A stretch of DNA of 64,000 nucleotides from an uncultured Gemmatimonadales bacterium (GTDB taxonomy: Bacteria > Gemmatimonadota > Gemmatimonadetes > Gemmatimonadales > GWC2-71-9). Below the pieces are notes generated by a model. That model was not told the origin of the DNA and did not search any database. It was given only the letters and a program-made list of their open reading frames with translations. Below, piece after piece: positions 10,184 through 20,584 of this stretch (within the stretch, counting starts at the first letter, position 1; each line of letters opens with the position of its first letter). Both the position numbers and the translations under genes were made by a program. Location of the stretch: positions 1,472,001 through 1,536,000 of the forward strand of contig CAVUAK010000001.1 of NCBI GenBank assembly GCA_963739455.1, written 5' to 3'.

Positions 10184-11845
10184 CTACTGGCGGCAGGGGG
10201 CGTTGGGATCGCCCTTCGGGCCGTTCAGTGCGGGGCGATGGTCGGCGTTGCCAATGAGCATGGCGGCGTTGTAGACCAGCTGGGTGACGCGGGCCATGTT
10301 CACGTAGTCGATGTACTGCGCCTCGTCGGTCACCTGGTGGTAGTCGAGGTGTTCACCGCGTGAGAACGCGACGGCGGGAATACCATAGCGGGCGTAGCTG
10401 TAGTGATCGGCCCGGCAGTAGTACTGCAGTGGATGGCCGGGCTGGTCGAAGGTGTAGTTGAAGACGAAGGGCAGCGGCAGTTCCGCGTTGGCGGCCTCCA
10501 GTTGTTCCCCGAATTGCACCGACAATCGCTTTGCGCCGATTACCTCGAGGTAGGTGGGCCCGCCCCCGGCCACCTCGAGGGCGCTGCCGCGTCCGATCAT
10601 GTCCTCGTCGATTTCCGCCACGATGCTGTCGAGCGGGACGGTCGGATGATCGGTGAACCACTTCGAGCCCACCAGGCCATACTCCTCACCGGTGTGGGAG
10701 ACGAAGAGGATGGAGCGCCGGGGTCGCGAGCCCGGGCGGCTGAGTGCCTGGGCCAGCACGATGAGTGATGCGGTGCCGCTCCCATCGTCGTCGGCGCCAT
10801 TCCTGATGGAATCGGGTCGCGCGGGGCGCAGTGCGCGCAGGCTATCGAGGATGTGCTGCACCTTGACCGCTTCCTCTGGGGTCGCGGCGCGCTCGGGACT
10901 GTCGGCGCCCATGAAGCGGACGACGGCGTTGTGGGCGCGGATGGAATCGTGCTCGACGAGCTGGCCGATGCCGACGTGGTCATTGTGGGCGGTCAGGGAG
11001 AGATACTCGCCCTTCAATTTCGGGTCGGAGCCGGGCAGCACGCCAATGACGTTGCGTGCAGGATACGTGGTGGGATCCTTCCGCACCGACGTGCTCGCTG
11101 CGACGTCCTGGCCTCCGCGACCCGGAGTCAACGTGCCAAGTGGGGCGCCAAAGAGGCGATCGGCACCGTCCGTTGAGACGATGAACAGCGGGGGCAGGGC
11201 GCTTTCGCGCGGGACGTCGACCATCAGCACGCCGCGCACCTGATCGCTGCGAACCGCGGGGTCGAGTAGGTCGAGCTGCGCCACCACCACCGCCATGGCG
11301 TCGTGCCAGCGCGGATGAGAGATCAGCGCAAAGGTGCGGACGTAGCTGCGGTCGCTGCCGCTGCCGACGCTCAGCACGACGACCTTCCCCTTCGCCTGGT
11401 CGGCGGTAATCCAGTGCGTGCTGTCGCGCGCATCGCCACCGTAGATCGCCGGCGTCGCGTCGAAGCTGCGGGGCCGGCTGGGGATCCAGGAGGCAGGAAT
11501 GAAGTCGACGCCGGCGCGCAGCACGGTGGTGCCCGCCGTCATCGTTCCCTTCGCGTCGAGACGCTGAATGACGAACGGCACCGACTGGAACCAGGTGCCG
11601 TTCTCGCCCGCCGGCTTGAGCCCTGCCTTCTTCCACTGGGCCGCGACGTATTCGGCGGTGAGGAAATTGCCCTTCGAGCCCGGGTCCCGCCCGCCCATCG
11701 AATCATCGGCGATGATGAAGAGCTGCGTGCGCAGGTTCTCGGGGGTGATGACGGTCGTGGCCTTCGGCGCCTGTGGCGATGCTGGGGTCACGGCAAGGAC
11801 GGTGGCAGCGGCGAGCAGCAGGCTGCCCCGGCGCAAGTCGGTCAC
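10184..11845 (-). CDS. M28 family metallopeptidase, secreted
   Basis: GGAG then GTG at 11845. LTAHNDH, NGADDDGSG, HTGEEYGLVGS, DEDMIGR, DYHQVTD. Confidence 0.9.
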   Translation of the reverse strand: MTDLRRGSLLLAAATVLAVTPASPQAPKATTVITPENLRTQLFIIADDSMGGRDPGSKGNFLTAEYVAAQWKKAGLKPAGENGTWFQSVPFVIQRLDAKGTMTAGTTVLRAGVDFIPASWIPSRPRSFDATPAIYGGDARDSTHWITADQAKGKVVVLSVGSGSDRSYVRTFALISHPRWHDAMAVVVAQLDLLDPAVRSDQVRGVLMVDVPRESALPPLFIVSTDGADRLFGAPLGTLTPGRGGQDVAASTSVRKDPTTYPARNVIGVLPGSDPKLKGEYLSLTAHNDHVGIGQLVEHDSIRAHNAVVRFMGADSPERAATPEEAVKVQHILDSLRALRPARPDSIRNGADDDGSGTASLIVLAQALSRPGSRPRRSILFVSHTGEEYGLVGSKWFTDHPTVPLDSIVAEIDEDMIGRGSALEVAGGGPTYLEVIGAKRLSVQFGEQLEAANAELPLPFVFNYTFDQPGHPLQYYCRADHYSYARYGIPAVAFSRGEHLDYHQVTDEAQYIDYVNMARVTQLVYNAAMLIGNADHRPALNGPKGDPNAPCRQ

Positions 11846-11873
11846 GTGTGCTCCAATGTGGGTACGGGCTTGG

Positions 11874-12314
11874 TCACTCGCCAAACTGACGCAGGTGATG
11901 GTCGAAATGTTTCCACGCGATACGACCCCACTCCTTCCCGCTGAGCGGGCCGAAAGCCGGGTGCCGCCCGTTCGCCTTGCCGTGTCCCACCTCGGCGATG
12001 AGCCGCTCACAGGTGGCCATGTCGGCGGCCCAGGTCGTGGGCGCGGTGCTCAGCATCTCGGGTACCGTCTGCACCTTGCCGGGCGGGGCCTTCAGCGGGG
12101 AATTCACCACGATCCATTTCACGACGGTGCGCCGCATCAGGGAATCGCGATGCCGCCCAATGATGATGCCGGTCGCGATGCGGAGCTGGTCGGTGACATG
12201 ACAGAGCATCTTCCGCGCGGTGAGCGTGCCCCAGCGCGGCGCGCGATCGGGGGTGACGCGCCGGAGGCGAGCGACGATGGCGGTGCGATCACCTGCCGAG
12301 AGCAGCGTGGGCAT
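11874..12314 (-). CDS. DUF1569 / DinB-superfamily protein
   Basis: WGTLTARKMLCH, HPAFGPLSGKEWG...KHFDHHLRQFG. Confidence 0.85.
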   Translation of the reverse strand: MPTLLSAGDRTAIVARLRRVTPDRAPRWGTLTARKMLCHVTDQLRIATGIIIGRHRDSLMRRTVVKWIVVNSPLKAPPGKVQTVPEMLSTAPTTWAADMATCERLIAEVGHGKANGRHPAFGPLSGKEWGRIAWKHFDHHLRQFGE

Positions 12315-12326
12315 GGTGGGGCCGGG

Positions 12327-14193
12327 TCAGCGAATCTCGACTGTCTGTGATGCCATCGGGTCGCCGGAGTTCTCGACCAGCAGTGTCAGGCGCCGGGGCG
12401 GCCCGGCCTCGAACTCGAAGTCGTACGTCTCGCCCACGCTTGTGCGCACCGTGGCTTGAACTGGATTGTTGAGGCCGGGCGCCAGGGGGATCGCGTCCTT
12501 CGCGAGCGGGCGCCACACGACTGTCCCTGAGCTGTCGACCAGGGAGACGTCGCCGGTGTTGCTCTCGGTGATGTTGATGAGGCGCACGTGGTAGCGGTGG
12601 CCCGCCGCGAGCGTCAGCGTCGGTGGGTGCTGCTGCCCGTTGATCTCCAGCAACCCGGTGACGAAGAGATCGTTTCCTCCCACGATCCAGACGATCTCGT
12701 CCTCCGGCCTTCTCACCTCGCCGGGCTCCAGCACGATCAGGGCGCCGTAGAGACCCCCGCCCACCTGTTTCGTGGCCAGGTTGTGCGCGTGGTAGATGAA
12801 CGTGCCTGAACGCGGGGGCGTCATGCGCGCCACGAACGAGTCACCAGGGGCGATCATGGGGGCGAGCCGCGCCGCGGTTCCGCTCCAGCCGGGCACGCCA
12901 TCGTAGTAGCTGTCGAGCTCGATGCCATGCCAGTGCATGGCGGTAGGCTCGGAGAGGTGGTTCACGACGGTGATGGCAGCGGGCTCGCCGCGTGTCAGCA
13001 CGAGCGGGGCGCCGGGTGTGGCGGCGGGAATGCGTGGCGCTTCCCGCCTCCTCGAGCGATACCTGGAAGCGCTGTGCCACCGGACCCGGCTCAACCGCCA
13101 GGCGGACTTCCCTCGCGGATCGGGTCGCGGCCGGCGCAGCATCGGCACGGGTGGTGACATTGATGCCGAGCACGAGCCCGGCCATGTCGTCCATGTCGTG
13201 CTCGCCGTTCGCGCCAGGCCCGTGCGCCATCGAGCCCCGGTTCCTGGGGTAGTCGGCGCCCCAGGTCGAGTCCGGGGCAATGTGGAAGTGGATATGGCAG
13301 TGCATGAGCCACTGTCCCGCGCGCTCCGGCGACCATGTCATGGCCATTGTCGTGCCTTCATCCATTCGCTCGGTCACCACCTGCCGCTGCTGGTCCGGAG
13401 CGTAGACCGTATCGGTGATGCTCGTGCCTCGGCTGTCCACGCGATAGTAGAAGCCGTGCAGGTGCATCGGGTGATTGTCGTTCGTCGGGTTGATCCAGCG
13501 CCAGTGGATGGTGTCACCCACCGTGAGGTTGATGACGCTCGGTGTAGGGCCAGGACCGCCCGTTGATTGCGGTGGCGAAGGGCGCCGCTGGCGTGTTGGG
13601 CGGTGCCTTCGGGTCGGTAAGATCGTAGAGGCCGAGGACGAAGATGCGATCGGGGGGTACCGTCACCTTCGGCGGGGTCCACGATGAAGGCGCCAGAAAG
13701 CTGGCTGTCTTCCCCGTGGCGCTCCACGATCGGCTCACCGAACGTGGATGCCCAGTAGAAATAGGTGCCCGGCGCGCCCGCGGGGAAGGTGATCTCGCGC
13801 GTTGCGCCGGGGGCAACCTGCACCGTGTCGTCGGTAGTGGACGGGATGGGTGTGCAGCCCGTGCACGATGAGCGGCAGGGTGTCGAGACGATTCACCAGG
13901 CGCACGCGAATGGTGGTTCCCGACCGCACGCGGATGAGCGGCCCCGGAATTGTCGGTGCCTGGCCTGGTTCACCGAACGCGGCCACCAACAGCGCCGTGG
14001 CGCGACGATCCTTGTCAGGATACCAGCTGCCCATGCGCGCCTCGAGCGTCACCGTCAGCGTGCCGCCGGCGAGGCGTCCAGCCGATGCGAGGTTGTCGTT
14101 GGCGCCAACGACGGGAAGGGCAGTGCCTGGTGCGCCGGTCATCCCGGTCAGGGCCAGCACGAGGAGCACCGACGATGCAGCTGCGCGGGGCAT
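12327..14193 (-). CDS. Secreted multicopper oxidase with four cupredoxin domains, several frameshifts
   Basis: Signal peptide. HPMHLHG (13453-13473), HCHIHFH...M (13282-13302), HWHG (12924-12935), YHAH (12783-12794). Confidence 0.82.
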
Positions 14194-14310
14194 GGGGATC
14201 CCGAAGAAGTGGTGGCCAATAGTGGCGCCCCGGCCACGACCGAGCCAGTCCCCGGCACGCCGAGGCGATATCTTCCGGCAGGTTCCCTGGCTCGCACCCC
14301 GGAGGCATTG

Positions 14311-16216
14311 ATGTCCTGCTCGATCGGCAGCCGCGTCGCGGCCGCCCTGTTCGCCGCGTTGTTCATCGCCCAGCCCCTTGCCGCGCAGGCGACGAGCCCC
14401 ATGGCCCGTCAGCAGGCCGGCATCGTCGCTCCCTCGGACGTGCGCCTCGCCTCGGGCCGGCCGGGTCCGGGCTACTGGCAGCAGCGCGCCGACTACAGGA
14501 TCGAGGCGACGCTCGATCCCGCCCGCGAGACCCTGCACGGCAGCGAGCGGATCACCTATCGCAACAATGCGCCCGAGAGCCTGCCGCATCTCTGGATGCA
14601 CGTCGAGCAGAACATCTGCGCCCGGGAAAGCCTCACGAACCAGCTCAACCAGCCGCCGCTCGTCTTCCTGAGCACCGCCTTCGACTTTTCCTGCCAGGGC
14701 TTCAACGGGGGGCTGGTGCTCGAGTCGGTGAAGGTGAACGGCGCCGACGCGACCTACCTCGTTACCGGCACCACGATGCGGGTCGATCTCGCGCGACCAC
14801 TTCCCTCCGGCGGCACCCTCGCCATCGACATCGTCTGGCACTTCAACGTTCCGCCCTACGGCGCCGGACGCATGGGCCACGACGGCACGCTCTACGAGCT
14901 GGGCCAGTGGTACCCGCGCATGGCGGTGTACGACGACGTGAAGGGCTGGAACATGGAGCCGTACATCGGGGGCGGCGAGTTCTATCTCGAGTATGGCAAG
15001 TTCGACGTCACCCTCACGGTGCCGTTCGACTACATCGTCGCGGCCACCGGCACGCTCCGGAATCCCGATGACGTGCTGACGCCGGCGCAGCGCGAGCGAC
15101 TGGCGCGCGCGAAGACGAGCACCACGCCCATCGCCATCATCGGCGACGAAGTGGGCACCGGCGCCACCCGGCCCGAGACGGTGGGCACCCAGGTGTGGCG
15201 CTTCAGCGCCGACTCCGTGCGCGACTTCGCCTTTGCCGCGGCACCCGACTTCCGCTGGGACGCGAGCGGCTACGACGGCATCCTGATCCACACCTTCTAT
15301 CGCCCGACCGCCGACACGCTGGCCCGAGGCCAACAAGATGGCCCGCGAGGCGGTGAAGTACTTCAGCGAGCAGTGGTTGAAGTATCCCTACCCGCAGATG
15401 TCGAGCGTCGAGGGGCCGATCGAGGGCATGGAGTACCCGATGATCACCTTCGATCCGGCGGGCCCGAGCCGCGAGGAGCTGCAGTGGGTGGTGGCGCACG
15501 AGATCGGGCACCAGTGGTCGCCGATGGTCGTGGGCGCCAACGAGCGGCTCTATCCCTGGATGGACGAGGGGTTCAACACCTTCATCGACCTCGCCAACAC
15601 CGCGAAGTACTTCGCCGGCACGCCCTACGGCGACTCGATCGAGGTGCACCCGCTGCACCTCTACCAGGACCACGCCGTCGAGGGTCAGGAACAGCCGCTC
15701 ATCACGCGACCGGTGGAGAGCCGCGACCTCTTCTGGACCGGGTACCAGAAGCCGGCGCTCATGATGCAGACGCTGCGCTACCAGGTGCTGGGCAAGGACG
15801 TCTTCGACCCCGCCTTCCGCGACTACCTGCGCACCTGGGCCTTCAAGCACCCGACGCCGTCCGACTTCTTCCGGATCATGCGCGACAACAGCGGCGTCGA
15901 GCTCGACTGGTTCTGGAATGACTGGGTCTATGGCACGACGCGACCCGATATCGCAGTGGAGGGAATCGACAACGGCGAGAAGGGCGCGACCGTCACCCTG
16001 GTCAACAAGGGCACGATGCAGCTCCCCATCCTGCTGAGGCTCACCTTCTCCGACGGCAGCGTGGAAAACGTGAAGCTGCCGGTGGAGGCGTGGAACCTGG
16101 GGCCGACCTTTGTCTACCGGGTGAAGAACGGGAAGCGGGTGGTGCGGGCGGAAGTGGACCCGGAGCAGCAGCTGCCGGACACCGATCGCACCAACAACGG
16201 AAGGGAATTGCGCTAG
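14311..16216 (+). CDS. M1 family metallopeptidase, frameshift near 15325
   Basis: GGAGG RBS. PGPGYWQQRADY, GMEYPM, HEIGHQW...WMDEG. Confidence 0.9.
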
Positions 16217-16225
16217 CGCCCCGCC

Positions 16226-17119
16226 TCAGCGCGAGGCGGACGTCGTCTCGGCGAGCTTGCTGAACGCAGCCAGCACCACCGCTGGCTGCTCCTCGTGGAT
16301 GTACTGCCCCGAGCCCGCCACAAGCTCGACGCTGAAGTCGGGGATCTGGCTCGTCATCAGCGCGATCTCGTCATCCTTCACCGAGCTCTTGTGCGGCGCC
16401 GTGCCCACCAGCAGGCGCACCGGCACCTGGGTCTCATGCAGCCGCGCGCTCAGCGACTCCGGCTCATTCACCTTCGACATCCGCCTCAGCCCGTCGATCG
16501 TGCCGTCGACATCGGCGGCCTGCCCCGCGGTGTACTCATCCACCACATACTCGGTGACCCAGGTGGTGTCGCCCGAGTTCGCCACCATCTCGGACTTCAC
16601 TTTTCCGTGCAGCATGCCCTTGGTGACGAACAGCTTGGTGAGGAATCCGCCGTACTTGAGCGACCGCTTGAGGCCGGGCGTCGCCGGCGTTTCCGCGGGG
16701 CCACCGTCGATCGACAACACGCCCCGCACCAGGTCCGGCCGGCGATACGCCAGCCGCAGCGCGATCGACCCCGCCGTCGACTGGGCCACGAGGATGGCGT
16801 GGGTCACGCCGAGCGTATCGAGCACCTGGCCGATGCGATCGGTCTGCGCCGTGAAGGAGTAGTCGGCCTTGTTCGGGTGCGATGAGAAGCCGAAGCCGAG
16901 CGGCTCGACCACGATGCAGCGGAAACCGAGTTCCGACAGTGGCCCGGTGAGGTGCCGGTAGCCGAATGCACCACCGAAGATGGCCGCGATGAAGACGACC
17001 GGCTGTGCGCCGTCGCCGATCGTGGTGGTGCGGATGGTTTCGCCGGAGCCGAGCGACACGTCACGGATGACGGGCGGATGACTGGCAGTCGCAAGCTGGA
17101 ACAGGGCAAGGAGAAGCAT
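16226..17119 (-). CDS. Alpha/beta fold hydrolase-like protein with atypical catalytic motifs
   Basis: PLGFGFSSHP..DYS, LVAQSTAG, RPDLVRGVLSID, GSGQYIHEEQP. Confidence 0.8.
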   Translation of the reverse strand: MLLLALFQLATASHPPVIRDVSLGSGETIRTTTIGDGAQPVVFIAAIFGGAFGYRHLTGPLSELGFRCIVVEPLGFGFSSHPNKADYSFTAQTDRIGQVLDTLGVTHAILVAQSTAGSIALRLAYRRPDLVRGVLSIDGGPAETPATPGLKRSLKYGGFLTKLFVTKGMLHGKVKSEMVANSGDTTWVTEYVVDEYTAGQAADVDGTIDGLRRMSKVNEPESLSARLHETQVPVRLLVGTAPHKSSVKDDEIALMTSQIPDFSVELVAGSGQYIHEEQPAVVLAAFSKLAETTSASR

Positions 17120-17182
17120 TGGGAAAGATACCCCCGTTTCCCGTTCCCCGGGTCCTCATTCCCGCTATCCTCTTCCCCCTGT

Positions 17183-17857
17183 TCAGAGAACCGCGAACGC
17201 CCTCACCGGAAAGGTCCCGAAGCCCGCCACTTTCACCGGTACCGCAAAGAACTTCGAGCCGCGCTCCGGGATCCGTGCCAGGTTGCACATGTGCTCCACG
17301 ATCGGGATGTCGTGGCCCAGCAGGATCGAGTGCACCGGCCGTTCCCCGGTGCTGATGCTGTCGATGTTGAACGAGTCGATGCCCACGAGCACCGCACCCG
17401 ACGCAACCAGCCACTCCGCCAGCTCGCCGGTGAGGTGCGGATGGTTCTCGAAGTACGGGTCGGTGCGCCAGTGGCGGTCCCAGCCTGTATGCACCAGCAC
17501 CGCTCGGCCCCGCACGTCGCGCTCGGTCAGGTCGAGGCGATCGATCACGGGCCCGCGGCCCTCCGCCACTCGAACCACCACGCAATCAAGATTCGCCAGC
17601 GACTCGAGCGGCAGCGCCGCGAGGTCCTTTCCATCGGGATACCGGTGAAAGGGACTGTCGACATAGGTGCCGGTATTGGCCACCATCTCGATCTTCCCGA
17701 TCTGGAACTCGGTGCCGGGCGCATAGCGCTCGCGCGACGCCGCCCGGCTCAGGTAGTCACAGATGACAGGTGCTGGCAGGCCCTTGTAGGTGATCATGCC
17801 GTGCTCGACCGTGTGACTGACATCGACGAGACGTGCAGCAGGAGGGATCTGCGTCAT
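17183..17857 (-). CDS. Cyclase / kynurenine formamidase-like protein
   Basis: NTGTYVDSPFH, VLVHTGW, LVGIDSFNID, RPVHSILL, IVEHMCNL, GTFPVRA. Confidence 0.88.
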   Translation of the reverse strand: MTQIPPAARLVDVSHTVEHGMITYKGLPAPVICDYLSRAASRERYAPGTEFQIGKIEMVANTGTYVDSPFHRYPDGKDLAALPLESLANLDCVVVRVAEGRGPVIDRLDLTERDVRGRAVLVHTGWDRHWRTDPYFENHPHLTGELAEWLVASGAVLVGIDSFNIDSISTGERPVHSILLGHDIPIVEHMCNLARIPERGSKFFAVPVKVAGFGTFPVRAFAVL

Positions 17858-18276
17858 GGGCCGCTCCAGGCAAGGGACGCTGTCGCCGCGCCGAGTAGCA
17901 GCGCAATGGGAGAGAAGTACCTGGTGTCGAGCACCGCGAAGCGGGTGTCGCGCACCTTCTTGAAGAAGCCGATGTAGCGGAAGTCGCCCACCGACCGGGC
18001 CAGCATCACCACGGCGATGACCGGTACGCCGAGTGTCACCATCCACCGTGGCAGGAGCATGCCGGGCCCGCGTCCCGCATGGGCAAGCACCAGCAGCGCC
18101 GCAGACGCGAGCAGCCCGGCCACTACGAGCGTGCTCGTGAGGCCGGGCTGGAACAACGGTGCGCCATCACGCTCGGGGAGCACGGCGACGGCGCCGGAGC
18201 GCCCGCCAAGGGCCCAATAGATGTGCAGTGCGGCAAGGAGGGCGAATGCAGTGGCAACGGGTATCGAGAGATCCAT
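17854..18276 (-). CDS. DUF3995-like membrane protein
   Basis: LHIYWALGG, RSVGDFRYIGFFKKVRDTRFAVLDTRYFSP. Confidence 0.8.
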   Translation of the reverse strand: MDLSIPVATAFALLAALHIYWALGGRSGAVAVLPERDGAPLFQPGLTSTLVVAGLLASAALLVLAHAGRGPGMLLPRWMVTLGVPVIAVVMLARSVGDFRYIGFFKKVRDTRFAVLDTRYFSPIALLLGAATASLAWSGP

Positions 18277-18295
18277 CACCGGCACCCGCGTAGCG

Positions 18296-18622
18296 TCAGT
18301 AACCGGTGTTGTGGAACGCCTTGATGAGGTCGGGTAGGTCGGAAGGATCGGCCTGCAGCAATCTCCCCGTCGGCGACACGTAGATGGTGACATTGCTGGC
18401 GCCCGGCAGCCGGGTCGGGCCGAAGGCAAACTTCCATGCCTTGGGGTGATCCTTCCGGTTCGGCATGCCGTCCCAGAGGAAGTTGACCGAGCGCTTCCCC
18501 ATGTCGGGAGGCGGGGCGCCGAGCGCGTCGCCCACCGCAAGGTAGGCGACGCCGAACGAGGCACCGGCCAGGAGCGCGCCGACGATGGCGGTCATGAAGG
18601 CAAGCCAGATCAGACGGGCCAT
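18296..18622 (-). CDS. Hypothetical protein with N-terminal TM helix, 108 aa
   Basis: GAAGGGGG upstream, hydrophobic N-terminus, fills the gap between co-directional genes. Confidence 0.65.
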   Translation of the reverse strand: MARLIWLAFMTAIVGALLAGASFGVAYLAVGDALGAPPPDMGKRSVNFLWDGMPNRKDHPKAWKFAFGPTRLPGASNVTIYVSPTGRLLQADPSDLPDLIKAFHNTGY

Positions 18623-18682
18623 GGCTATCGGCCCCCTTCACGAGCGCATCGCATGCAGGTCCTGTCGCAGGGGTAATCCCCG

Positions 18683-19637
18683 TTACTCGAAGGGGATCTT
18701 CTGCTTGTTCTGTGCCAGCCACTGGGAAAATGTCTGAATCGAAGGGTTGAGCCGTCGCGACAGGGCCACACTTCGCGCCTCGCTGAACACGTCGGCGAAG
18801 TCATGGTACATCTGGAACATGTTGCCCAGCTCGTCAGCGCCTGGGAAGCCGAAGGAGCGGTAGGCTGTCGGGCGGTACAGGCTGGTATCGCACATTCCGG
18901 CCGAGTGCCTTGGAAAGCTCGGCGGCCATTTCAGTGCCAGTCAGCTGTTCGCCTGCGATCCCCACGTTCTTGCCGATGAATTCCTTCCCCGCCTTGAAGA
19001 TGCCGTACGCGACCTTGCCAATGTCCTCGGCCCCGATGCCGGCGAAGCTTCTGCTCCCCCATCGGCATTACGAGGTTATAGCTGCCGTCTTCACCCCGGT
19101 TCTGGCCGATGCCGAACCCGACCAGGTTCTCCCAGTAGAATGCGGCCAGCAGGTACGTGGTCGGAACGCCCGGAGTCACGGAACGCCTGGTCCGCCTCGG
19201 CCTTTGCGTCGAAGTGCGGCACTTTCCACTTGCCCAACAACGTCGGCATGCGGTTGTCGCTGAGGGGGATGAAACTGCGGCTGTCCTCCAGGGTTGACCA
19301 GATCGCATGCTGGACCCCCGCCGCCTTTGCCGCCTTCGCCATCGCCGTGGCCTGGGCGATCTCGCGGTCCGGCGAGAGGTGCTCCCAGAAGGGAGTGACG
19401 CAGAAGGCCCCGTGAGCGTTGCGGAACGCGCTCGTCATGCTTTTCTCGTCATCGATGTCGCCAGCGATCACCTCGACGCCCGGCAGCGCTCAGCGCCTTG
19501 GCATTGTCAGAATTGGTATTGCGCGTAATGGCGCGCGCGGCGAAAGGGCCGCCCTTGTCAGCCAGGATGGCGCGCACCAGCCCGCCGCCCTGCGCACCGG
19601 TAGCGCCCACCACGGCGATGATCTTCTTGTCACCCAC
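18683..19637 (-). CDS. NmrA/HSCARG-family NAD(P)-binding protein, several frameshifts
   Basis: IAVVGATGAQGG, AFCVTPFWE, WSTLED, VPHFDAK, GFPGADELGNMFQ across fragments. Confidence 0.85.
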
Positions 19638-19675
19638 GAGAAACTCCTTGTCTGTCGTTCACTCTAACATACCCT

Positions 19676-19763
19676 GACTCACGACTCACGACTCACGACT
19701 CACGACTCACGACTCACGACTCACGACTCACGACTCACGACTCACGACTCACGACTGACGACT
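19676..19763. repeat. (GACTCAC)11 perfect heptamer array plus a GACTGAC variant
   Basis: 11 exact copies at 19676-19752. Supplies the last codons and the stop of the gene at 19735-20187. Confidence 0.95.
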
Positions 19764-20187
19764 TCTTCACTACCGCCACCAGCATCAGCATCAGGTTCAC
19801 CACGGCCGACGCCGCACCGAGCATGATCAGCACCCGAGCCACGCGACGCAGCAGGCTCAGGCGCAGCACGCCGATGCCGACCAGCACGATCTTGGCCGCA
19901 AGCAGCGCCGCCGCGGCCGAGAACAGGAACAGCTGCAGCAGGAGCAATGGCCGCACGCCCATGCCCGCGTACAACCAGTAGAACGCCACCGCCACCAGCA
20001 GCCACGCCAGCAGGCCGGTGCGCGTGGTCTGGCCCAGGGGCAACTCCCGGATCAGCGGCACCGCCAGCATATAGAGCGCGAGGAGCCACAGCACCAGCCT
20101 GAAGCTCGCCCTCCAGAGCGCGGCGGCACTCTCGCGCTGGTCGGGGCCGGGCGGGGTCGTCACGTTGGCAGGTCCTGGGGATGTCAT
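19735..20187 (-). CDS. Hypothetical integral membrane protein (about 4 TM)
   Basis: 150-aa ORF with four hydrophobic segments. Confidence 0.7.
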   Translation of the reverse strand: MTSPGPANVTTPPGPDQRESAAALWRASFRLVLWLLALYMLAVPLIRELPLGQTTRTGLLAWLLVAVAFYWLYAGMGVRPLLLLQLFLFSAAAALLAAKIVLVGIGVLRLSLLRRVARVLIMLGAASAVVNLMLMLVAVVKKSSVVSRES

Positions 20188-20290
20188 GCTTGAGAGTCGT
20201 GCGCGGGACCGCTGGCGTCAAGCGCGGCACCAGCAACGGCGCGCTGCACGTCACGACATGATACCATTCGCATCATCGCTGGAGTCGCCT

Positions 20291-20584
20291 GTGTCCCGTG
20301 CATTCGTCAACGAGGATGGTCCAGAGGGTCCCCCGCCGCTCTACGGACTGCCGGCGCGGGACGATGCGGCATATCCCCTCGCCGCCGCGCGCGCACTCCT
20401 CGCCGGCGCCAATGCCGGTGACACCGCGAGTGCCGAGGCAGCCACCGGGTACTTCTGGGGCGACCCCACGCTGAGCAGCGAGATGAACCAGCTTGCCGAC
20501 GAGGCGATGGACCGCGGCGACGACCGGACAGACCAGCTGGCCCGCCGCTTCCTGCGCGCAGCAGGGACACCGAGGGAGGATTGA
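20291..20584 (+). CDS. Hypothetical protein starting MSRAFVNED
   Basis: GGAG at 20281, GTG start, stop overlaps the next ATG. Confidence 0.6.
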   Translation: MSRAFVNEDGPEGPPPLYGLPARDDAAYPLAAARALLAGANAGDTASAEAATGYFWGDPTLSSEMNQLADEAMDRGDDRTDQLARRFLRAAGTPRED

